From: Octopus vulgaris
Lineage: Eukaryota
Length of the DNA stretch: 64,000 nt
Direction: 5' to 3'
Assembly (NCBI GenBank): GCA_951406725.2
Contig: OX597817.1
Span: 107,384,001 to 107,448,000, forward strand
The position numbers and the translations under genes are program-made. This document shows, piece after piece, positions 54,465-64,000 of this stretch; the stretch's first letter is position 1; each line of letters starts with the position of its first letter. The notes under the pieces are model-generated. The model had not been told where the DNA came from, made no database searches, and saw nothing but the letters and a program-made list of their open reading frames with translations.

Positions 54465-54499
54465 GTTTCCGACGAAGAGCTCCGCTCGAAACGTCATAC
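54465..54499 (+). ncRNA. Minimal type I hammerhead (CCGACGA core)
   Basis: GTTT-CCGACGA-A-GAGC(TCC)GCTC-GAAA-CG-TC-ATAC, with one stem I mismatch. Confidence 0.7.
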
Positions 54500-54585
54500 C
54501 TCCCTGCTTCCATTTCCTGAGCGCCTATTAATAATAATACTGTAATTGTTCCATTGTTGTTGTTTTTTTGTTTCCCGTTTGGATT

Positions 54586-54640
<55 letters not shown>

Positions 54641-54755
54641 TATAATATTATATTATATTGTATTATATTATATTATATTATATATTATATTATATTATAT
54701 TATATTATATTATATTATATTATATTATATTATATTATATTATATTATATTATAT

Positions 54756-54899
54756 TATATTATAGGAAAAATCAAAACCAATGCAGAACGAGTATCTCAA
54801 GTCATTTAGAATAATTTAATTAGACTTCAAATTAAATTAGATTATTCTTAATGACTTGAGATACTCGTTCTGACCTGGTTTTGATTTTTCCTATAATAT
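54756..54899. repeat. Short foldback next to (TATAT)n
   Basis: Arms about 54756-54821 and 54835-54899 (ATAGGAAAAATCAAAACCA…CAGAACGAGTATCTCAAGTCATT). Confidence 0.85.
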
Positions 54900-55069
54900 G
54901 ATATAATATATACCTGCTATAACGGAACCCTAACACGGATCCCAAGATTCAGCCTTAGTAGTGATCTTGGAACCTAAAGGTGGACCTGCTATAGCACTTA
55001 TCCAGCATACCTATTCGTTTAGAACGCAAGTGAACTAAACCCTTCATATCATATTATATATATATATAT

Positions 55070-55770
55070 CATAAATAATGATATTATTGATAAATAATAA
55101 TAATATAGGTGACTAGTTAGCCAAAAAAATAAACAAAAGGCAAATATATAAATAAGGGTACTAGATAGCACTAGTTTTGCTAGATATAGGAGTCAAAATC
55201 GATTCAACTGCTAACTCTGAATGTTAACAAGCTGACGAAATCGGGGAAGCGAGAAAAAATAGTCAACATACCGAGGCGATTGACAATCGCAAATGAGAAT
55301 TCAGATATATCCACATCAAGTGATTTTGATCTCCGAGATATTCCTCTTAGATATTCCTCAATGGGTCTTGCAGTTTGGGGCTAAACTACTACTTACCTTG
55401 TACAAGCATGTTAAAACCGTTGAGAGGCTAGCTCCAAATTCACACGGTAGTAGTGTATGATTATAAATAATGACGATATTATAATTAATAAATAATAATG
55501 ATATAGGTGACTAGTTAGCAAAAAATCCCAACAAACAAACAAAAGACAAATATATAAATAAGGATACTAGATTTTTATAATTATACACTACTACCGTTTG
55601 AATTTGGCGCTGGCCTCTCAACGGTTTTGACATGCTTGTATAAGGCAAGTAGCAGTTTTGCCCCAATCAGTAAGGCCCACTGAGGAGATCTAAGAGGAAT
55701 ATCTTAGAGATCGAAATCACTTGATATGGGTATATCTCCATTCTCATTTGCGATTGTCCATCGCCTTGGT
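55070..55770. mobile_element. Older foldback with HHR and interleaved direct repeat
   Basis: Diverged inverted arms 55270-55467 and 55574-55770; direct repeat about 55070-55166 and 55463-55572. Confidence 0.82.
55675..55731 (+). ncRNA. Type I hammerhead
   Basis: GCCCA-CTGAGGA-GATCT-AAGA(GGAATA)TCTT-AG-AGATC-GAAA-TCA(CT)TGA-TA-TGGGT. The antisense twin has lost its core bases (TTGAGGA, AAAA). Confidence 0.85.
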
Positions 55771-58229
55771 TCCAACGAGTCGTTGGAACCGTGGGGCTGC
55801 CCGTCGGTTTCTTCCCGCTGACAACTCCATAGATGCAGAAACCAGGGTTCTGGTATAAAGAAAACACAGAAGGCTATAGGGAATCATGTAGTTATATAGG
55901 TCACCGGAATCTTGTCGGACAAATACTGCTTTTTCTTCAACGTATAAAAGTTTTACTTGATATCTCGTGCACACGTGTCTGACAGTGGACTCTGCGACAT
56001 TGAGGTACACAACTCCGCTAGAGGCCACCAACTAATTTTTCAGAGTCTGAGCACGAACGACTCGGTCATGTTTAAGAAGCTGGTGATTTTTCTGCGTCAC
56101 TGTAGTTGGCTTGTCTCATCATTTTTCGTGTCAGATTATACAATCCACCGCATTGACATTGTCAATAGGTCTGAAAGAGAATTGAACATTTTTAGATTTA
56201 GCTCACGCTGCACAACATAACAGGAAATAGGTTTATTGATATTGGTTTAATGGGGCAACAATATAAGAGTCTTTTTTTTATTTATATAAGTAAAACGAAA
56301 GGACGACGAAAACGTAATAGAAGTAATTATGTATCAACTTGTAAAAGACAAATGCTATTATAAACCTGCCGATTACAATGCTATGAAATCCTACAGTTAT
56401 GACTGTTTATATAAATGGAATAAAAAATACCGGCGACGTTGGTTTTTTGTTAATTGCAATAATCATTCTCTCAATTAGATTGGAATGGTGCATGCTGTTC
56501 ACCACAATGTATTTATGGTAATTTTTCCGTCAGAATTCAGTCGCTTCATTCGTTCTTTTTCTGTTGAACTCTGCATTGGTAAAAAGGGAAAAGCTGTAAC
56601 AGTAGTTTTCAAATCTCAATCTGAAACTCAATGTAATTCTTGGACAGAGACTTTGTGAAAACTGTGTTTTAGTGAAACTTTTGGAAAGCATGGTTGATTC
56701 TCAGAATCAAATTTGATACAGAGGTGGTAAGGCAGGTTCTGATTCAAATTTTAACTCTTAACCTTGGTTTCAGTTACACTTTTTAATAAAATTCATATTG
56801 AATGGACTATGCTCAAAACCAACTCGAAGATCATTACTTAAACTTTTGCATTGTTGCTTGAGATTTAGAGGCGCCTCAAGTATAGTTTTTTAAGCAGTTT
56901 AGGATCATTGGCCAGTGATCAGTTAAAGCTGGATTGACACTACGTGATGATTAAGGATATCGAAGTTATACTTAACTACATATATGTTTGTATTCTCTAT
57001 TATGCTTACGAAAAGTACGATGTAGGAGACCTGTCAAATAACAGTAAATGACAGTCCGAGAAGTAAAATGAAAATGCAAAGATTTCCAAGACGGTGGTGG
57101 GTAAAATATTCCGCTGGACCTGAAGGCTTTAATCAAGATTTTCTATGTACACGACTATTATATACACAAATGGCTCAGGTGTTATTGTTCAGCAACTGAT
57201 GCACAGTCAGGAATAGCGATACACTCAATATACTGCAACACCTTTCAGACCAAAAAGAAAGGAAAACAATTCTGCATATATATACTTCTCACTGGAATGA
57301 TACAAATTAAACGTATGCTTTCGGACATGCCCATAAATTTACAAAACTCAAAAATTTAAGTTGTAAATTAATGATGTTCTGACAACATACCTCAATCAGT
57401 TGCTGTTTATAGCAATATTTATGATAAAATAAAGGTATATATTACAATTTACAATAGATTCTCTTGTGACGTCACCGAGTCTCTAGTTAGCTATTAACTC
57501 CCTCTTAGCTTTCATATACATGCGATTTTAAGATAAATTCGTCCATTTTATTTCTGCTTGGTACTCTATCGTAATATGTATTAAAAGTGGTATAATGTAT
57601 TCAAAGTTAAAAATTGATAAACAAGAGTGTTTGAGGGGTGAACAGAGCTACAAAACAAAAGCAAAACAAAATGTTTCGATGAAAATATTTTTCGTGTTAA
57701 TTCAAATAATATTGGAAAGGATCAAAATAAAAATTAGGAAAAAAAAAAAAACGAATTTATCTGACAATCTCCTAAATATATTTACTTACGAACAGGTTAC
57801 GTATACACATAAACTAACAATAAACATACGCATAAAGCCACGTTTACGTTCATTTAAAGAGACAGACAGCTACAGTAAAAATGTTTTTCTGAAAAGAAAT
57901 TGACTTTTTTCAAGCTTAGGTTTCCAATTGATCGGGCTATCTTTTTAGTTACTAAAACCTCTTCAAAAAGATAGAGAGATAGAAATAGGAAGAATGAGAT
58001 AACTAAAAGCATAGTGACGTCTCAAACTTGGCTATATGTTCCTAATCTTCCTCGTCCTCTTCCGCTTCGTGTTCAACTATAGTTCTCACTTTCATCCTTC
58101 CAACTTTGCACTCTTAACTCTCTTATATTTTAACACTTACTCCTTCCCTGTTTCATGCTTCTTCTAATCCTCGTACTCAATTTCTCTCACCTTCTCTCTC
58201 TCTCCTTCTCTCTCTCACACACACACACA

Positions 58230-58296
<67 letters not shown>

Positions 58297-58438
58297 ATAT
58301 GTACGTATGTATGTATGTATGTAAGTATGTGTGTACGTATGCATGCATGCATGTATGCATGTATGTATGTATGTATGTATCTATGTATGCATGTATGTAT
58401 GTATGTATGTATGTATGTATGTATGTATGTAGTATGTA

Positions 58439-58471
<33 letters not shown>

Positions 58472-59970
58472 ATGTATGTGTGTATGTATGTATGTATGTA
58501 TGTATGTATGTATGTATGTATGTATGTATGTATGTATGCAGGTATGTATGTATGTATGTATGTTTGTATGTATTGTATCTCCCGTTATTCCTCTTCACAT
58601 TATCACTTTCCCACTTTCATTTCCTCTCTGAAGGTATATTTTGTTGAAAACTTACAGACATATATACACATACATATACATACATACATACACATACATA
58701 CATACATACATACATACATACATACATACATACATACATACATACATACATACATACATACATGCATGCATACATACATACATACATACATACATACATG
58801 CATACATGCATACATACATACATACATGCATACATACATACATACACACACACATCCACACACACATAATTACATATATACGTCTATACACACGCGCGCG
58901 GCACGTACACATATATGCAAATACACGTCGTGAAAAGCCATATTGTATAATAAATATATGTATATATGTTAATACCTGCATATGTATATGTACATACATG
59001 CATACGAGAGCATGCACTTATCAACCCTTGCACGACCTAAAGTCAATGTCAATTATACTGCCTTTAAGATAGCAGGGTAATCGCTCTAATGAATGAGAGA
59101 AAGAAAGAGAAAGAGAGACAGAGAAACAGAGAGTGAGTGAGTAAGTGTGCGTGTGTACGTGTGTGCGTGCGCGCGTCCGTGTGCATGTGTGTGTGTGTGT
59201 GCGTGCGTGCGTGCGTGTGCTATTGTCAGTCGAGACGATTACTAACCGTACATCGTATATCTTTAAGACATCGCTGAAAGTGAAAATTCCCGGAGAACAA
59301 AAACCAAACTATCAGGTGAAAGTGGGAAGGAGAGAAAGTAGCGTGGGAGGGATCAATGATCTAAGGCAAGCAGGTTTTGTTGAGGCGTCAAAATCCAATG
59401 CAATCTGTTTCAAGGTCTCTGTGACAGACGCATGACGTCATCACTGATGTGGTTTGGTTACTTAGTTACATAGAAGAAGATATTTTTCTTGTAACCTGCT
59501 ACACGGATCACAATCAAAAGTGAGTGATAGGAAAAAAAAGCTGTCTGTTAAAGACGTACAAAGGGATTTATCAAATGTAAGAACGAGAACAGAAATAGTA
59601 ATAGAAATCACCTAATAGAATCTTTAATAGGTTACTGTGAATAATATGAAAGAAAACAATTCATATAGACATTTATTGATATTTCGATTTGTTTGAAATC
59701 AGCAAATATCGCGTTACGTAAGAAAAAATATTAGGGTAAAAGAAGGTATCTTGTAAGTGATTCCGCGATGTTAACTCAAAAGCGAAAGTAAATTACAATG
59801 ATTAAATATAGGGTTACGTATTCAATACTAACGTTCCCCGATAAAAAGTGAATTTGCGGATGTTAGTTTTGAGTGATGATGCGAAAATACTGCATGCTAT
59901 AATGTTTTGAGATCGCACCTCACCAGAGCCCAACTTAGCTTTCATTTCTTGTAGTTGGATAAAATAGAAG

Positions 59971-60420
59971 GTGCTTCTTTGGCGTATGATCTACAAGGGA
60001 GATTACTTTAGGTTACTTTTTTAATTATTTTGTACATAGCATTGTAAATGTATTTTTTCAAAAGTCTTACTATTTTAATAATAGGAAAACCATATAATAA
60101 TTAAAATAACTGCATAGGCCACGCACCAAAGTAAATTTGCTCACATAGATCATTCAGAAAGCAGCACTAACACAAAGTAATCTAAAAAGTAACCTAAAGT
60201 AATCTCCTTTTAAATTGTGGCACGTTTCTTTTTCTTAATAATGTGAATTTACTGCTGATTTCTTGTAAAAATGCAACTGTCTTCTGGTTTCTTGTAAAAA
60301 TGCAACTGCCTTCTTTGTAAAAATCTTTAGCCAACATCTTACGGGTTTTTAGAAATTGAAAAGTAAATTAAAATGTAACCTAAAGTAGTCTCTCTTGTAG
60401 ATCATACGCCAAAGGAGCAC
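59971..60420. mobile_element. MITE-like element with TIRs of about 55 bp
   Basis: GTGCTTCTTTGGCGTATGATCTACAAG.GAGA.TACTTTAGGTTAC is inverted at both ends. Internal 29-bp tandem at about 60256-60324. TSD unclear. Confidence 0.75.
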
Positions 60421-63289
60421 TAAACAGAACACCTTTCAATTGCTGAAGCTGTTTTTCTTTCTGTTCCCCGCCTCCCGGATTTATGTCACCGTACTTATGT
60501 TAGAAAACAGCACTACTTTTATTGTTGATGATTTTATTGATGATTTTGCTGTTTTTGTTGTTGTTGTTGTTTTTACACTTTTGATGAGTTGCATCTTAAT
60601 ACTGCACCAGCTGGGCGTGATCATTAATTCATTATGTCTTCTTTTAACTTCGACTGTTCTCAAAATTGTGGTTTTCTAAGGCGGCGAGCTGGCAAAATAG
60701 TGACCGCGTTGGACAAAAATGCTTAGCTCTTTACGTACTGAGCTCAAATTCCACCGAGGTCGACTTTATCATCTTTTCAGAATCGATAAAATAAGCACAA
60801 GTTGTATAGTGGGGTTATGTAACAGACTTCCTCCTACCCTCAAAATTGTTGGCCTTTAGAAATAAATATTGTGGCTTTCTTTGGTGATGCTTGGCAGAAT
60901 CTTTAGAACGTTGGCTAAAATGCTTTATGATATTTAGTACTATCCTTTTACTCTAAGTTCAAATCCCACTCGGGCCAGCTTTGCGTTTTATCATTCCGGA
61001 ATCGGAGAAAGTAAAACATCAGTTAAGTACTGGGGTAAATATTATTGGCAGTTCTCTGTTCCCCAAAATTTGTGGCTGTGTGCCAATGTTAGAAATTAAT
61101 AGTAATGATCCAAGGCCACATATTAAGGAAATAATAGCTCTTAACGCAAGAAGAGGGGAGTAGTGGAAACATTAAAACAATGGTTTTCATCGTCTCCATG
61201 ATCTCGTCAGCCTACCTTTCAATGCTTAAGGCATACAACATCTTTATTTTATGCCAATAGAAAAGTTATAAGCTCCAGAGGAAAGCCTATTTTGTCCAAG
61301 CGTATATTCTCAGCCTCTTTGTCATCTCTCGGTTTTGAAATATGAACTTTGACATTTTTTGTCAGTTTTGTTATTTACATTTAAAACTTCGCGACAACCG
61401 TCACCGCTGTTGACGAAACTCTGGGGCAGAGATTCCAAAGTGACGATGGCAACGTACTTTTTATTTGTGATATTAATTTAGATTTATTAATCAAACCTCT
61501 TATCATGTGTCAGAGTCATGTATCTAATTGCACACTAAGTTGTTAGATCTCAAATATACTTCATAACCTAGTATTTATGAATATTGATCAGGTTTGACTT
61601 AATTTTCTTTCACGCTTAGAGCTTATTGGTGACACATTAAAGTGTCGCGATACATTTTGGAAACCTCTATCCTAGAGTGTCGGAACAATCCAGCTGGAAA
61701 TCGCTAGGTTAGACTGTCGGTTAAGTTGCTTGTCGAATTAAGTTACATATCAAACCCGGTAGGTCGGCTTCACTTTTTGTCTGTCAGGGTCGATACAATT
61801 AGTACTAGTACCTGGTCGATAACATCAACTACAACATACCTCTAAAATTTGTAAGATTGTGCTAATATTTGAAATTGAAGGCAATTAAACAGCGAGAGCG
61901 ATAAAGCTCTGGGATGAATGTTATTTTGACTTTTACATGAACTGTGTTCGATTCAATCGACTATTGCACATTTTCCTATAAATTTGTATCCTTCTGTCAA
62001 TAAAAGCTATTGCCAAAAATCTAAAGGACCCAGACTTCTGAAAGTATTCGTAGCCTATATCAATTCCCAATTTCCTTTCAATATTGTAAGCACTTGCTCT
62101 GTTGGCTTGCAGTTTTTTCTTTTCTTTTAGCAGAGTCTGCTCTGTCGCAAGCATTCGGGCTAGTTCATTTGTTTAATGATTGATAACTTCTTCCCTTCTT
62201 CACACAAATGTCCGAACCCCTGCAAAAGATTATGTGTATGAGGATGATCAGTATGACAAGTAGGGAAAGGTCAGAAAAGAGTCGAGTAAAGTAATTCACA
62301 GTCTTCCAAACACCATAACAACGTCTTCAACATAAAATCTTATCCAACTTCATTGAGATGTCTCATAAATGTGAATAGTCATCAGTCAGGCTTGCTTGCC
62401 CACCTCATTTTATCTTCTGTTTTAATCATTAATTTTTCTTTGGTAATATCTTTTTAATGTCTTCATAAAATTGCTTGAAGAAAATTACATATTGCCAAAT
62501 ATGGTCTTCATTAAATTTCAAAACATCTAGAAGAGAGAAGAGATGACAAATGAGTCAAATCTTCATTTATATTACCTTATTTATTGTTTCTTATAGATAT
62601 CCACTTGAACTGTGCATATTTTACATTATTATGATTTAAACTTAACGGAAAACTGTTTTCTATTTTCCGTCAACAAATTTAAAGTTCACCTTCAACTAAA
62701 AATCAAAGTACTCTTTTTAATCAATCGAAATTTGAGCTTTTATTTCACTTATGAATGGCTAGTTGTTGAAGAGTTAACCATTGTATTATAAAAGATTTAT
62801 TGTACAATATTTCTGCCTGCGGAAGTTAAATGGTATTTTCCCATTAGTTCAATTACCCGACATGATAAAATTTTAGAGAATTAATTTCAAATTACCGGTA
62901 TAAGTGATGCACTAGTAATGGGTGAACGTGAGTGGATTTTTGCAATTTTCCCATTCTCGTTCTCCTGGTTAAAATACAATTTGTTGTATATTATTCACAG
63001 CTCCATTGCAAGGTATCAGTAATTTTGATGGTCAAAAATACTAAGGGGCTTCTAATGGCTAAAGCAATTTTCAATACATTTTTCATCATGTTCTGAGTTT
63101 TCCAATATTTTCTTGTGAAGCACCCATCAAGTATTTCTGTGATAGAGACTTCCATTTAATGAATAAATTTCCCTCTGCATCATTGTTTTACCGTCCATCT
63201 CTTTCCCTACCTCTTCATCATCATCGCCGTCGTCGTTGTTGTTCCTTTCGTGCACTCAGCATTTCCTTGTTCTGTCAATTTGGATGCAT

Positions 63290-64000
63290 AGCCTTAGGTA
63301 TCCAACATCTTTCATACAGTCTTTGCTGTATAAAAACAGGAGAATTACCATGATATCCAGTACCTTCAACTCAATTCAAACTTCTTGCAAATGTTCCTTA
63401 GGCTTCTAGTACAGTTGATATAATGATAAAGTTACGGAAATTCAGTTGATATAATGATAAATTTACAGAAATTCCACATCCTCTGAAGTTCATATTTTAG
63501 GTTCTGATAATTCTCTATTATGTCAAATTCTTTGTCTACCATTCTTGTATCAAGCAAAATTAATTAAACACAGTCTTTCCTCTTTATACGACAATATCTG
63601 GGCATGAACGCTCTATTTACCTATCGATTTGAATTTTCATATTCCATTGTAGGTTAAACAGTTGTTTTCAAGAATGTGTTGTTTCATAGACACGCCATTT
63701 TCCCATGGGTTCAAATCCACTTTTTTCATCGATTCAACAATTTATGATTGTAGCAGCATTATCATGTCTCAATTCTTATAAACTTTCTCCACAACTGTCT
63801 CCTCTCTTTTACCACACAGTCTAAATGCAGACAAAATGTCTTCCTTCTAAATTTTTCCTTATATATCACATTCTGATGGCATGATCCTACACAGCAAGGA
63901 TCAAGCTCATTATGTTTTTTTTTTAAAACATCCTTTCCTAGCCATTGAAATGTCTCCTAAAATCGATACTCTTGACTATTTTGAAAAGAAAATTACTGTT
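63290..64000 (-). mobile_element. Decayed R4/Dong C-terminal fragment
   Basis: Minus-strand remnants RLCGKREETV, RHDN, LQWNMKIQIDR, CPDIVV and NYQNLKYELQRMW. Confidence 0.8.

Larger units (their letters stand above)
51393..54590 (+). mobile_element. 5'-truncated Neptune-like Penelope element: GIY-YIG C-terminus, about 2.7 kb degenerate (CA)n, terminal HHR
   Basis: (TA)n on both sides; coding remnant at 51396-51566; HHR at 54465-54499. Confidence 0.75.

Noticed and set aside
55225-55268. CTGACGA..TCG/CGA..GAAA
   Set aside because: Stems I and III cannot form.
55744-56031. ORF containing SGVVY as a GIY-YIG N-terminus
   Set aside because: Lacks the YIG/YVG, Arg and His motifs at the expected spacing.
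57460-59445. TGACGTCA CRE-like sites near 57467 and 59433 as a promoter
   Set aside because: No associated exon or transcript evidence; short motifs alone cannot support a call.

Overview
AT-rich, microsatellite-dense, non-coding animal DNA. The repeat landscape looks like a coleoid cephalopod, probably Octopus; that is an inference, not proven. I find no credible host protein-coding exon: almost all ORFs in the track are microsatellite translations or transposon relics. The window holds at least 8 decayed R4/Dong-type (RLE) LINE pieces, L1/Tx1 and Jockey/CR1-type relics, several tRNA-derived SINE families, Tc1, mariner, maT-like and pogo DNA transposons, two Helitron-like elements and MITEs. 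The most striking signal is a set of short foldback (inverted-repeat) insertions in (TA)n or AT-rich sites. Most carry minimal type I hammerhead ribozyme (HHR) folds with palindromic or very short stem III and varied cores (CUGANGA, UUGANAA, CCGACGA). They sit near Penelope-like element (PLE) RT and GIY-YIG relics, so they are probably PLE termini or non-autonomous derivatives. Two diverged copies of another repeat (40.3 and 40.9 kb) contain all hammerhead core segments next to covarying helices, but in a strand order that fits none of types I/II/III: a candidate pseudoknotted, cross-connected hammerhead. All structures were paired by eye and none is tested.
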